Of a stretch of 64,000 nt of DNA, positions 1 to 10,246 are shown in pieces (the stretch's first letter is position 1; each line of letters begins with the position of its first letter). The notes beneath the pieces are model-generated. The model had not been told where the DNA came from and searched no databases. It was given only the letters and a program-made list of their open reading frames with translations. The translations under genes were made by a program, and so were the position numbers. Source of the stretch: an uncultured delta proteobacterium. GTDB lineage: Bacteria > Desulfobacterota > RBG-13-43-22. The stretch is from assembly GCA_963802945.1 (NCBI GenBank), contig CAWDKY010000025.1, forward strand, positions 108,317-172,316, in the 5' to 3' direction.

Positions 1-870
1 GGCGCCCCGGAAGAAATAAGGCAAAGGTTGCTACCCAGGCTGATGGAAGGCGACCTCATCGGCTGTGCGGCTATCACCGAACCGAACGCCGGATCAAATG
101 CCGCGGCCATCTTGACCAAGGCCGAACTTCATGGGGACCATTATGTCTTGAACGGCACCAAGACCTGGATTTCCAACGCGACCATATCCGATTTTTGTGT
201 CGCCCTTTGCATTACAGAAAAGGACAAGGGACCTCTGGGAATCTCTCGTATCTTTATTGAAAGGGATGTTTCGCCGTATGAGACCAGGGAATTGCATAAG
301 ATGGGCCAGTATTGTTTCCCAACCGGAGAGATATCATTTGTGAATTGCCGGGTACCTAAAATAAACCTGATGACCCCAGGCGGCCGTTCCAGCGGCCGTT
401 CCGGTTATCAAAGGCAAATGGCCGGCTTCGAGCGCGCACGAACCGGAGTGACCATTACGGCCACCGGTTTATGTCAGGCCGCTGTGGATGCCTCGATAAA
501 GTACGCCCGGGAAAGAAAGCAATTCGGACGTCCCATCGGCAGTTTTCAACTGGTCCAACAGATGATCGCCGATATGATTACTGAAACAATGGCTGTACGT
601 TTATTGGCTTATCGGTCCAATTATCTCATTAGAAAAGGGGTGAGAGCCCGGATTGAGTCCTCTGTGGCCAAGGCTTATGGATCTGAAACCGCAGTGCGGG
701 TGACCTCCAGAGCGGTGGAGATTCATGGTGCAGCAGGCCTGGTGGAGACACATCCTGTGGCCAGATTCTATCGGGATGCCCGTACGCTGACCATTCCGGA
801 CGGGACCACCCAGATTCAAAAGTTGATCATCGGACGAGAATCTCTCGGAATAAGAGCCTTTGACGGATAA
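1..870 (+). CDS. Acyl-CoA dehydrogenase (5'-truncated by window edge)
   Basis: ACAD motifs AITEPNAGSN, LNGTKTWISN, RKQFGRPIGSFQ, HGAAG...RFYRDAR, DGTTQIQK. Confidence 0.95.
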   Translation, partial: GAPEEIRQRLLPRLMEGDLIGCAAITEPNAGSNAAAILTKAELHGDHYVLNGTKTWISNATISDFCVALCITEKDKGPLGISRIFIERDVSPYETRELHKMGQYCFPTGEISFVNCRVPKINLMTPGGRSSGRSGYQRQMAGFERARTGVTITATGLCQAAVDASIKYARERKQFGRPIGSFQLVQQMIADMITETMAVRLLAYRSNYLIRKGVRARIESSVAKAYGSETAVRVTSRAVEIHGAAGLVETHPVARFYRDARTLTIPDGTTQIQKLIIGRESLGIRAFDG

Positions 871-1036
871 ACAAAAAATACTTGCGCCCAGTTCAATGTC
901 TTGATAACCATATCCGTTTAGTATTGGAGATTTCTTGGCCTGGAATGAGGTTCTTTATTTATTAAGCTTAACATATTCTTTAAACCATGACCCCGGATTT
1001 TAGGGAAGATCATGGAATAGCTTTGGGAGGATAAAA

Positions 1037-1864
1037 ATGAGCACAAAAATTGAAGAAGGTATGATGAAGGCACATGACGGCACAAACATTTTTCTGACCC
1101 GAAATCCCACAGACCGCCCCAAGGCGGCGATTATCATTGTCCATGGAATTTGTGAACACTTGGGACGCTATAACTATACCACTTCCCGTTTTAACGAATG
1201 GGGCTATTCGGTTTATCGATTTGATCTCCGAGGGCATGGACGTTCCGGCGGTCAAAGGGGATATGTGGAGAGCTATGAACTTTTTATCGAGGATACTGAC
1301 CTGATCGTTAGTGCGGCCAAGCAGGAAAACCCAGGTCTTCCGATATTCCTGCTCGGTCATAGTATGGGAGGATTTATTTCCGTGGCCTATGGAATAAAAC
1401 ACCAGGACCGTCTTTCTGGGCTTATTCATTCCGGGTCGGCCGTCATGATCCTGCCGATGGTTAAAGATCTGGGAGAGGGCTTCGATTACAACGCCATGGC
1501 TTTATCCCCTATCCCGAATGCCTTATCCAACTTGATCAGCCATGATCCGGAGGTGGTAAAGGCTTATGACGATGATCCTCTGGTGCTCAAAGAGTTTACG
1601 ATAAAGCTTATGGGAGAAGTTTTTATCAGTGGGGTGAATTGGGTTCTGAAAAATATGGGTAGCTACCGTTATCCATGTTTAATCCTTCACGGTGGCGATG
1701 ATCAGATTGTCCCATGTGAGGCTTCACAAAATCTATATGATCACATTGCCTCGACGGACAAGCAGATTAAGATCTACGATGGCCTCTATCATGAGATCTT
1801 GAATGAACCAGAAAAGGAGACCGTTCTGGCCGATATCCGTCAATGGATTAAAGCTCGGATCTGA
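1037..1864 (+). CDS. Alpha/beta hydrolase, monoacylglycerol lipase/lysophospholipase family
   Basis: VHGICEH, DLRGHGRS, GHSMGG nucleophile elbow, HGGDD and YHE catalytic residues; GGAGG RBS. Confidence 0.9.
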   Translation: MSTKIEEGMMKAHDGTNIFLTRNPTDRPKAAIIIVHGICEHLGRYNYTTSRFNEWGYSVYRFDLRGHGRSGGQRGYVESYELFIEDTDLIVSAAKQENPGLPIFLLGHSMGGFISVAYGIKHQDRLSGLIHSGSAVMILPMVKDLGEGFDYNAMALSPIPNALSNLISHDPEVVKAYDDDPLVLKEFTIKLMGEVFISGVNWVLKNMGSYRYPCLILHGGDDQIVPCEASQNLYDHIASTDKQIKIYDGLYHEILNEPEKETVLADIRQWIKARI

Positions 1865-1880
1865 TTGGTTAACACAAAAA

Positions 1881-2140
1881 AGGGATCAAGGATTTAAGGA
1901 TTCCAGGGTTCTAGTATAGTGTCTCAATAATAGGTTTATAATAGTCCAAATTTGTCATTCCTGCCCCGCATCAAGTGCGGGATAGACTCCAGCAGGAATC
2001 CAGGGTAAAAATACTGGATTCCGGATCAAGTCCGGAATGACAATCTTGTAAAATGAATATTGTTACAGTAAACTAATTAATTAACTTCAATGCCTTTCAC
2101 TCCGTACCGCGGTCCTTTGCCTCTGGAATCCTTGAATTCT
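1881..2140. repeat. Composite intergenic element: degenerate octamer-repeat arms (AGGATTCA-like / TGAATCCT-like) enclosing a REP-like palindrome
   Basis: Left arm agggatcaaggatttaaggattccagggttctagt (1881-1915); right arm ...ctggaatccttgaattct (to 2140); lies between convergent genes. Confidence 0.6.
1952..2043. repeat. REP-like GTCATTCC...GGAATGAC palindromic element
   Basis: Terminal inverted repeat ttgtcattcc / ggaatgacaa, internal ggaatccag / ctggattcc pair and small hairpins. Confidence 0.8.
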
Positions 2141-2148
2141 GTTTTTGA

Positions 2149-3414
2149 CTATTTCCTTTCAATGATCATACAGATGCCTTGACCGCCGCCGCCGCAGATG
2201 GTTTCCAGGCCATATCGGCTGTCCCTTCTGGTCATTTCATTAATCAGAGTGGTCAAACGCATGGTCCCTGTGGCCCCGATGGGGTGCCCCAGGGAAATAC
2301 CCGAACCATTCACGTTTACCTTGGCATCCATGGCTTCGTCATTGAGGCCGGATAGCTTGGCATCGGCCAGGGCCTGAACGGCAAAGGCCTCTTGAACCTC
2401 GATAAGATCAATCTGATCAATGGTGGCATTGATTTTTTGAAGGGCCTTTTGAACCGAGGCCGGCACGGCCGGATAGGTCAGGGTCGGATCGGTGGCGGCT
2501 ATGGCGCAGGAACGATAATAGACCAGGGGTTTGGCCCCGATGGCCTTGGCCTTCTTTTCCGAGGCCAGGACGACCACGGCGGCACCGTCATTCTCGGAAG
2601 AGGAATTTCCGGCCGTGCAAACACCATCCTGATATACCGGTCGGAGTTTAGCCAGTCTTTCCAAGGTCGTGTCTCTCCTCGGCCCCTCGTCGGTGTTGAA
2701 AAACAGGGGCTGCCCGTCTTTCCCTTTGCCGAGAGGAATGGTCACGATCTCCTGGGAGAATTTTCCCGCATCCTGGGCGGCAATGGCCCTTTGATGGCTG
2801 CGAAAGGCCCAGCGGTCGGCCGCTTCGCGGGTGATGTTTTCTTTTTTTGCCGCGGCCTCGGCCCAGGTCATCATAGAGCTCAACTCGCCGTAACGGGCAA
2901 TAGGTTGGGACATGACCCTGGCCCGCTGAATGCGGTCATAAAAAGGGATGCCCCACATAGCCAGGGCCCCATGGCCTCTGGGCATGAAGCCGTATTTTTC
3001 ATGGCTCTTTCCTCCCAAGCCCCATTTGATATCTCCGGGGATGTAAAGTTCGGCCTGGCTCATACTGTCCATCCCGCCGGCGATGACCAGATCCGCATCA
3101 CCAGCCTGGATCTTCAAGGCCCCATAATAGATGGATTCCAAACCAGAACAGCATCTCCGGTCCAAAACTACACCGGGGACTGAATCGGGCCAACCGGCAT
3201 CAAGAACGGCCATGCGGGCCCCGTTGGCACATTCACCGTTCTGATAAGCCGTTCCCATGATCACATCTTCAATCAGGGCAGGATCGATATTGGCCCGTTT
3301 GACCGCTTCTTTAAGGACCAGACTCCCCAGGCGGTAAACCGGGATGTCTTTTAAGGCACCGCCGTAACTCCCGATGGGAGTACGGGCACAACTGAGAATG
3401 ACGACATTTTCCAT
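2149..3414 (-). CDS. Thiolase (acetyl-CoA C-acyltransferase)
   Basis: ARTPIG, RRCCSG (catalytic Cys), TAGNSS..NDGAA, EAFA, GHPIGATG, CGGGGQG. Confidence 0.95.
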   Translation of the reverse strand: MENVVILSCARTPIGSYGGALKDIPVYRLGSLVLKEAVKRANIDPALIEDVIMGTAYQNGECANGARMAVLDAGWPDSVPGVVLDRRCCSGLESIYYGALKIQAGDADLVIAGGMDSMSQAELYIPGDIKWGLGGKSHEKYGFMPRGHGALAMWGIPFYDRIQRARVMSQPIARYGELSSMMTWAEAAAKKENITREAADRWAFRSHQRAIAAQDAGKFSQEIVTIPLGKGKDGQPLFFNTDEGPRRDTTLERLAKLRPVYQDGVCTAGNSSSENDGAAVVVLASEKKAKAIGAKPLVYYRSCAIAATDPTLTYPAVPASVQKALQKINATIDQIDLIEVQEAFAVQALADAKLSGLNDEAMDAKVNVNGSGISLGHPIGATGTMRLTTLINEMTRRDSRYGLETICGGGGQGICMIIERK

Positions 3415-3442
3415 TTTGTTTCACCTCGTTTAATATTAAAAT

Positions 3443-3525
3443 AGGGTTCGAGGATTCAAGGATTCGAGGGTTCAAGTGTTTTACTTTCCATGCCTTCCCA
3501 TTGAATCCTTGGACCCTTGAATTCT
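3443..3525. repeat. Octamer tandem-repeat hairpin element
   Basis: agggttcg-aggattca-aggattcg-agggttca followed by inverted ttgaatcc-ttggaccc-ttgaattc. Confidence 0.75.
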
Positions 3526-3533
3526 TCTCTTCT

Positions 3534-4422
3534 TTAGAAATTCATGTCTGTTCTAGGCTTCTTTTCACCGGAGGTATAATCATACCATCCCTTTCCGGTC
3601 TTTTTCCCTAGGTCTCCGCTTTGAACCAGTTTTTCCAAAATGAGGAAGGGGCGGAACTTGGGATCTTTATATCCTTCATAAAGGGTCCTAAAAACATTGA
3701 GACCAATATCCAAACCCACGGCATCATTGAGTTCGAAATGGTCCCATCGGATGATTGAGCCCGAGCTTTACGGCCTTGTCAATATCCTCAAGGCTGGCGA
3801 CCCCTTCCAGCAAGCAGTTATACACCTCGGCCCTGAAAGCGGCATTGACCCGGTTGACCAGAAATCCCGGGACATCCTTCACACGAACCGTTTCTTTTTT
3901 CATCTTGGCGGCTACGGCTTCGGTTATTTTTATGGTCTCTTCTGAAGTTTTCAAAGCACAGATTACCTCGACCAGACGCATAACCGGAACCGGGCTGAAA
4001 AAGTGCATACCGATGAATCGGTCAGGACGCCGAGTAGCTGTGGCCAGGGATGTGATTGGGATCGAAGAGGTATTCGAGGCAAAAACGGTCTCCTCCCGGC
4101 AAAGATTGTCTATTTTCTGAAAAACGGCTTGCTTGACTTCAAGATTTTCAAAGACCGCTTCAATGATAAAATCCGCATCCTTGGCGTCTTCCAGCCGAAT
4201 CGATTTTTTTATGTGTCCCAAGGTTTCATCTTTTTGCGCCGCGGTTATTCTTTCTTTTTTCACCTGATTGTCCAGGTTTTTTTGAATGGCCATGAATCCT
4301 TTTTCCACTAAGGCCTCGGCCATATCGTTCAGAATGACATCAAACCCGTTCTGGGCGGCCACCTGGGCAATACCGCCCCCCATCAGACCCGCTCCAACGA
4401 CCATAATCTTTTTCGGTTCCAT
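3534..4422 (-). CDS. hbd: 3-hydroxybutyryl-/3-hydroxyacyl-CoA dehydrogenase (one frameshift near 3735)
   Basis: GAGLMGGGIA Rossmann motif, ASNTSS, GMHFFSPV, HPMGPF then ELNDAVGLD...GKKTGKGWY in the next frame; AGGAGG RBS before ATG at 4422. Confidence 0.9.
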
Positions 4423-4556
4423 AATTAGAAATACCTCCTTTATCCGTTTTTTATTGGTTTCTTGTGATATCATTATGGGATAGAAATAAGAGCTAAAAAA
4501 AGTTTTTGATGAAAAGAATATAGAATAAACTCAGAAGTGGGGTCAAGGAGAAAAAA

Positions 4557-6014
4557 TTATAGTGGCGGGCGGCGGAGATGATGGTCTGTGGCCTGTTCAA
4601 AGGCAAAAGCGGCCTGAAGGATCTTTTCCTCTTCAAAGTGGTTTCCCAGAATTTGCAGGCCGATGGGCAGCCCCTGGCTACTGAATCCGCAGGGCAAAGA
4701 AAGGCCGGGGATACCGGCCAGGTTGGCCGAGATAGTGAAGATATCGGTCAGATACATCTGCAAAGGATCGGAGGATTTTTCCCCAAGACGGAAGGCCGGG
4801 GAGGGGGCCACAGGAGTGATAATCAGATCACAGGTCTGAAAGGCCTGTTTAAAATCTCCGTGAATCAAGGTGCGGACCTGAGAGGCCTTCTTATAGTAAG
4901 CATCATAATACCCGGCTGAAAGGACATAGGTCCCCAGCATGATTCGCCGAATGACTTCCGCCCCAAATCCATGAGTCCGGGTCTTTTTATACATTTCCAT
5001 CAGACTATGTTCCTTGGGTTCTCGAAAGCCGTACTTGATCCCATCATAGCGGGCCAGGTTGGAACTGGCCTCGGCCATGGCAATAATATAATAGACGGCA
5101 ATGGCGAATTCCGTATGGGGCAAAGTAATTTCCCGACAGGTTGCCCCAAGCGCGGTTAAAGTGGAAATGGCCTTATGAATGCTTTGGTCCACTTCAGGGT
5201 CCATTCCGGCCACAAAATATTCTTTGGGAATCCCTAGGGTCAAGCCGTCTAAACGTTTCTGCAAGTTCTTGCTATAATCCGGAACAGCCTGAGGGACGGA
5301 AGTGGAATCTTTCGGGTCATGGCCGCAAATCGCATTCATCAACCAAGCGCAATCAGAAACGGTTTTGCCTATCGGTCCGATTTGATCCAACGAAGAGGCA
5401 TAGGCCACCAATCCAAAACGAGATACCCGACCGTAGGTGGGTTTCATTCCCACGACCCCGCAATGAGAGGCCGGTTGACGTATGGACCCACCGGTATCCG
5501 ACCCGATAGCCGCCAGACATTCATCCGCGGCCACGGCCGCTGCCGATCCGCCGCTGGAGCCTCCAGGGATATAACCCAGATTCCAGGGATTATGAGTCCT
5601 TTTTATGGACGAATTTTCTGTGGAAGAGCCCATGGCAAATTCATCCATATTGGTTTTGCCGATTAAAACAATTCCTTCGGACTTAAGCCTAGTCATAACC
5701 GTGGCATCATAGGGAGGGATATAGTTTTTCAGGATTCTAGAGGCACAGGTAGTCTTGATTCCCTTGGTAGAAATCAAATCCTTGACAGCCATTGGGATGC
5801 CGGTCAATGGGCCGATCTTACCTTTGGAAATAGTTTCATCGGCCTGGCGGGCCTGTTGCAGAGCCGATTCTGGGATCAGGGTTATATAGGCCTCGACCTT
5901 GGGTTCCACCTGTTCGATTCGAGACAAAACCGACTGAGTCAATTCCAGGGAACTGATCTCTTTGTTTATTAATTTTTCGTGGGCCTGGGTTATGGTTAAT
6001 TCAAAGAGTTCCAT
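4557..6014 (-). CDS. gatA: Asp-tRNA(Asn)/Glu-tRNA(Gln) amidotransferase subunit A
   Basis: Amidase signature [43 protein letters not shown]. Confidence 0.97.
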   Translation of the reverse strand: MELFELTITQAHEKLINKEISSLELTQSVLSRIEQVEPKVEAYITLIPESALQQARQADETISKGKIGPLTGIPMAVKDLISTKGIKTTCASRILKNYIPPYDATVMTRLKSEGIVLIGKTNMDEFAMGSSTENSSIKRTHNPWNLGYIPGGSSGGSAAAVAADECLAAIGSDTGGSIRQPASHCGVVGMKPTYGRVSRFGLVAYASSLDQIGPIGKTVSDCAWLMNAICGHDPKDSTSVPQAVPDYSKNLQKRLDGLTLGIPKEYFVAGMDPEVDQSIHKAISTLTALGATCREITLPHTEFAIAVYYIIAMAEASSNLARYDGIKYGFREPKEHSLMEMYKKTRTHGFGAEVIRRIMLGTYVLSAGYYDAYYKKASQVRTLIHGDFKQAFQTCDLIITPVAPSPAFRLGEKSSDPLQMYLTDIFTISANLAGIPGLSLPCGFSSQGLPIGLQILGNHFEEEKILQAAFAFEQATDHHLRRPPL

Positions 6015-6119
6015 GGTTTTTTTGCTTACCTAATATCCCTATTATGAGCTCTCATGACCGCTTGGGGCGGGCGTCGCGAAGCGTGAGTATTGAACTTAGA
6101 ATCAAGAAGTTAAAAGTTG

Positions 6120-6150
6120 TTATTCTGGATTCTGACTCCTGGATTCTGTA
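6120..6150. repeat. Heptamer tandem repeat (ATTCTGG/ACTCCTG-like)
   Basis: ttattctggattctgactcctggattctgta between gatC and gatA. Confidence 0.5.
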
Positions 6151-6170
6151 TACTTGTTTTTATCTTCAAA

Positions 6171-6455
6171 CTAAATAACCTTGGGCACCACAAAAGATCC
6201 TCCTCCCTGCTCGGGGGCCAGGGCCAGAACATCCTCTTGATCCAGTGAAGGAATGATCTTGTCGTTCCGAAAGGCATTGGACAGGTGCAAGGCATGGGTC
6301 GTGGGTTCAATGCCGGTAGTATCGAGTTCAGATAATTTTTCCATATAAAGCAAAATATTATTGAGTTGAGGGGTAATGGTTTCTATCTCTTTTGCCCCTA
6401 ACTGCAGCCGGGCCAGATGAGCAATATGCTCTACCTCTGATTTCGAAAGTTTCAT
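6171..6455 (-). CDS. gatC: Amidotransferase subunit C
   Basis: EVEHIAHLARL, LSELDTTGIEPT, FVVPKVI; directly upstream of gatA. Confidence 0.95.
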   Translation of the reverse strand: MKLSKSEVEHIAHLARLQLGAKEIETITPQLNNILLYMEKLSELDTTGIEPTTHALHLSNAFRNDKIIPSLDQEDVLALAPEQGGGSFVVPKVI

Positions 6456-6460
6456 TGGAA

Positions 6461-7495
6461 TTAAACCCTTTCCCAGAAATTTTTTTGAATAGCCCAAACT
6501 TTTTCAACGATCGGCAAATCAGGGCGAGTGTCGGAAAGTTGTTCCCTGGAAGAAAGAATAGTTTCTCCCAGGAGTTCTTTGAGGACGGCTAAAACAGAAA
6601 AATGCAAACCTTCCGGATGATAACCTCCCTCTAAGGCCAATAATAAACGGCCTTCACAAACTTCCCGAGCTAATTGCATGAGGATTCGAGTCATACGGGC
6701 AAATCCTTTAGGAGTGACAAGCTGTGCACCTAATGGATCTTCGTAATAAGTATCAAACCCGGCAGAGGTCAAGATCAGATCGGGCTTGAATTGCCGGGCA
6801 ACGGGTTGAAGAATTCTTTCGAAGATCTGGGCAAAATCTTCATCCTGGTAGCCGCTGGAAAGGGGGCAATTTACCGTAAACCCTTGGGCCGTTTTTCCTC
6901 CCACCTCACCCAGCCCCCCTGTACCGGGATAATAAGGATACTGATGGGTCGAGAAATACAGGACCCGGTTGTTATCCCAGAAAGAGTGCTGAGTTCCGTT
7001 ACCGTGATGGAGGTCCCAATCAACGATCAAAATTCGTTCCAATCCGTGTTGACGCCTGGCATATTCAGCAGCCAGGGCCACGTTGTTGAAGAGGCAAAAA
7101 CCCATGGCCCGATTGGCTTCGGCGTGATGACCCGGAGGCCGGATGAGGGCAAAACCGTTATCGATATGCCCGACCAGTAAGGCATCGACCAGGGCAAAGA
7201 GACCTCCGACGGCCATCAGGGCGGCTTCATAAGATTTGGCGGAAGTCTGGGTGTCAGGATCCAAAGAGGTGTAAGACTTGCTGGCCGTTGAGGCGATCTG
7301 CTGGATATAATCCGGCGTATGAATATAGGCCACTTCCGCCTGGGTTGCCGGGCGGGGCGGAACAGAGATAAGCTGACCTGAAAAATTATCTTCCACCATC
7401 TGATAAAGCACTTCGAGTCGCTGGGGACTTTCCACATGGGGAACCCCCCTGATATGTTCCAAATAAATAGGGTCCTGGATGAGAGCGGTATTCAA
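6461..7495 (-). CDS. Zn-dependent histone deacetylase family protein (class II-like lysine deacylase)
   Basis: HVESPQRL, RPPGHHA, GFCLFNN, DWDLHHGNGTQ, SAGFD, LEGGY. Confidence 0.93.
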   Translation of the reverse strand: MNTALIQDPIYLEHIRGVPHVESPQRLEVLYQMVEDNFSGQLISVPPRPATQAEVAYIHTPDYIQQIASTASKSYTSLDPDTQTSAKSYEAALMAVGGLFALVDALLVGHIDNGFALIRPPGHHAEANRAMGFCLFNNVALAAEYARRQHGLERILIVDWDLHHGNGTQHSFWDNNRVLYFSTHQYPYYPGTGGLGEVGGKTAQGFTVNCPLSSGYQDEDFAQIFERILQPVARQFKPDLILTSAGFDTYYEDPLGAQLVTPKGFARMTRILMQLAREVCEGRLLLALEGGYHPEGLHFSVLAVLKELLGETILSSREQLSDTRPDLPIVEKVWAIQKNFWERV

Positions 7496-8017
7496 TGATA
7501 GGCCTCCAAATTAAATTAAGATGAAGTTAACAACAGGTCAGGGGCGTTGTCAAGAATGAAATGGGAGATCGGGAAACGCCTTCAGCTTGTTCCAAGGGAA
7601 AAAGCTGCTGAGGCCAATTCATGCACCGCATCGTCAAATCCATCCCACCCGAGCTGAAAGACCTGAAAATGAGCGGCGAGGCTGAGCCCTGCATTTAAAT
7701 GTGTGCCCTAACGGCTTCCCGTGGCCCTATGTGGACCAGGGAGAATTGCGGGGGAGATGGTGCGTTAGATTGCTGCGGTCGGAAAGATGAGATCGGAAGA
7801 ATTGCTACCCAACAGAAAGGCCGAGCAAAAGCCTTTTTGGGTTGTGCATAATAAGTTCTATGTTTTTCTCCTTGACTCTCAATTATTCATTTTATAATCT
7901 TTCCAGCCAAAAGGAAATGACAAATTTTTCTGCCCTGGAAGAAATCTAAAAAAGGATGAAGTTCGACGATCAATGATCAAGGAACACCAAATATTTTATT
8001 ATTTTTGAAAGGTAAAA

Positions 8018-9739
8018 ATGGAAAAGAAGACCTATCCCGAATACAGCACTAACTACCCCCTGCTCCTCACTACCTTTATGAAAAGGCCGGTTAACCTCTA
8101 TCCTCACAGAATAGGTGTGGTTTACCGAAATCCGAAGAACGCCCAATATTTTCGGTTTACTTGGCGCGAGTGGTATGAACGCACCTGCCGCCTGGCCAAT
8201 GCACTGCATTCCCTCGGCATGAAACCAGGCAAGCCCGGCCAACCAGGCATCCGGGTGGCCACCATGGCCCTCAATCATCATTATCATCTGGAGCTTTATT
8301 ATGCCGTTTCCTGCCTGGGGACAGTGTTGCATCCGATTAACATCAGGCTTTCCCTGGATCATATTGTCCATACCATTCTCCATGCCGAGGACAAGATCCT
8401 TTTTTTCGATGACGAATTTCTTCCTGTGGTGGAAACGATTTATGACCGGATCAAGGAAACCGTCGAAAAATTCGTTTATATATCCGACGAATCCGGGCTG
8501 CCGAAAACAAAGATTGAGCCTTTGTTCGACTATGAGGAACTGCTCAAGAATAAATCCTCCGAATTCGAATGGCCCGAACTTCATGAGGATACGCCGGCTA
8601 CCTTGTGCTACACCACAGGTACCACCGGTCTGCCTAAAGGGGTCCTATTCACCCATAGAACCCTTTACCTGATAAACATTCATAAACTGGCCAGGGATTT
8701 TCTCAACAACGATCCGGCCATGGTCTATTTAGGTGAAAGGGAAGTGGTCCTGTTGAATACGCCCTTGTATCATATCCACGGGTGGGGGTATCCGTACCAG
8801 TTTCTCTTCGCGGCCAATAGACTGGTCTTACCTGGAAAATTTACCGCTGATGGTTTTTGCGAATTGGTCCAAACCGAAAAGGTGACTATGTCCAATCTGG
8901 TCCCTACCAGTCTGGCCATGCTGATTGAATATGAAGATTTGAAGAAATATGATCTGAGCAGCTTGAGGAATATTCAGGTAGGGGGTGCGGCCCTACCCCT
9001 GGGTCTTAAAGCCAAGGCCGAGGAATTGATTCCCGGGTTTGTCGCCACCTCTGCCTACGGCATGACTGAAACCGCACCATCGGTGGTGGCCACTTTCATT
9101 ACACAGGACATGATAGACAAATCCAAAGAAGAGCTGGATGCGATCCGGGTCAAAACAGGCCTTCCTTTGCCGGGGCTGGAGGTTGAGGTGGTGGATGATC
9201 AGGGCCGGCCGGTACCCCGCGATGATTCGACTATTGGTCAGATCGTCATCCGGGGACCCTGGGTCATGGAGCAGTATTACAAAGATCCGGTAAATACGGC
9301 CAAGGTCTGGCCCGACGGTTGGTTTCATACCGGCGACGTGGCCAAGATCGATTCAGAAGGGTATTTGACCATTGCCGACAGGGTGTCCGATATGATCCGC
9401 AGCGGGGCCGAGATGGTTCCGACCGTGCTGCTGGAAAACGTCGCCGCTTCCGCCGATTTCATTCTTGAGGCCACCTTCGTCGGGGTACCGGATGAAAAAT
9501 GGGGACAGAGGCCCATGGCCATCGTCACCCTGGTCTCCGGGGCTAATAAAACCGAGGAGGATGTGATGGAATATCTCGAAACAGAAGGGGTGGCCAAGGG
9601 CAAGATCACCAAATGGATGCTACCGGCTTATATCCTCATCACCAACGACATACCCAAAACCAGCGTCGGAAAATTCAATAAGCTTTACATCAAGGAGCAC
9701 ATGGACCAATTCTTGTCCGGAGCAAAAAAAATGAGATAA
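8018..9739 (+). CDS. AMP-forming medium/long-chain fatty acid-CoA ligase
   Basis: YTTGTTGLPKG P-loop, YGMTET, WFHTGD, PKTSVGK. Confidence 0.93.
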   Translation: MEKKTYPEYSTNYPLLLTTFMKRPVNLYPHRIGVVYRNPKNAQYFRFTWREWYERTCRLANALHSLGMKPGKPGQPGIRVATMALNHHYHLELYYAVSCLGTVLHPINIRLSLDHIVHTILHAEDKILFFDDEFLPVVETIYDRIKETVEKFVYISDESGLPKTKIEPLFDYEELLKNKSSEFEWPELHEDTPATLCYTTGTTGLPKGVLFTHRTLYLINIHKLARDFLNNDPAMVYLGEREVVLLNTPLYHIHGWGYPYQFLFAANRLVLPGKFTADGFCELVQTEKVTMSNLVPTSLAMLIEYEDLKKYDLSSLRNIQVGGAALPLGLKAKAEELIPGFVATSAYGMTETAPSVVATFITQDMIDKSKEELDAIRVKTGLPLPGLEVEVVDDQGRPVPRDDSTIGQIVIRGPWVMEQYYKDPVNTAKVWPDGWFHTGDVAKIDSEGYLTIADRVSDMIRSGAEMVPTVLLENVAASADFILEATFVGVPDEKWGQRPMAIVTLVSGANKTEEDVMEYLETEGVAKGKITKWMLPAYILITNDIPKTSVGKFNKLYIKEHMDQFLSGAKKMR

Positions 9740-9786
9740 GGGTTGACCTAGCCCAATATTTTATTGACATGTCTTTGCCTTACCGT

Positions 9787-10137
9787 TTAATTATGCTGGG
9801 TTTCCAAGGTGGCTTTTTCAAGTACGGTTTTGACATAGGCATTCAGGGTCATCCCTTTATGGGAAGCATTGATGACCAACCGTTCATGAAGATTGGGATT
9901 CAGTCGGATATTGAAAGACCCTTTGAACGGTTTTTCGGGTTCTTTCCCTTGTTCCGAGCACATAGTCAGGTAATCATCAACGGCGTTTTGAAAATCCTTT
10001 TCAATTTCTTTGACGATTGCACCTTCAAATCCGATCAATGCGGATGAAAGACCAAGGACTCGCCCATGAAAGATCTTCTCTTCTGCGTCAAAAATGACAC
10101 TGCCATTATATCCCTTATATTTTAAAATGTTTTTCAT
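9787..10137 (-). CDS. hicB: HicB-family antitoxin (orphan)
   Basis: MKNILKYKGYNGSV...FHGRV...AVDDYL..C...GKEPEKPFKGSFNIR..P.LH; AGGAG RBS before ATG at 10137. The longer ORF-track start overlaps vapC and is spurious. Confidence 0.88.
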   Translation of the reverse strand: MKNILKYKGYNGSVIFDAEEKIFHGRVLGLSSALIGFEGAIVKEIEKDFQNAVDDYLTMCSEQGKEPEKPFKGSFNIRLNPNLHERLVINASHKGMTLNAYVKTVLEKATLETQHN

Positions 10138-10246
10138 GGATTGACTCCTATTTTTACTTTTGCTCACTAATAAGCTCCCCCAAGTTTTTAATGATTTGAA
10201 ACAGATGGAAAGGTAAACAAACTGACTCGATTTACCGGCTAAAAAT

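Noticed and set aside
2392-3183. Long antisense or overlapping ORFs (e.g. 2392-3183, 7970-8584, 23948-24541, 30589-31311)
   Set aside because: Shadows of real genes on the opposite strand, with no recognisable motifs
3697-3760. Programmed ribosomal frameshifting in hbd and other split genes
   Set aside because: No consistent slippery-site or stimulator pattern; the widespread indels are better explained by sequencing error
7590-7750. Cobalamin riboswitch (gagctgaaagacctg resembles the 3' B12 box)
   Set aside because: The other conserved elements are not in the right order, and the flanking genes are not B12-related
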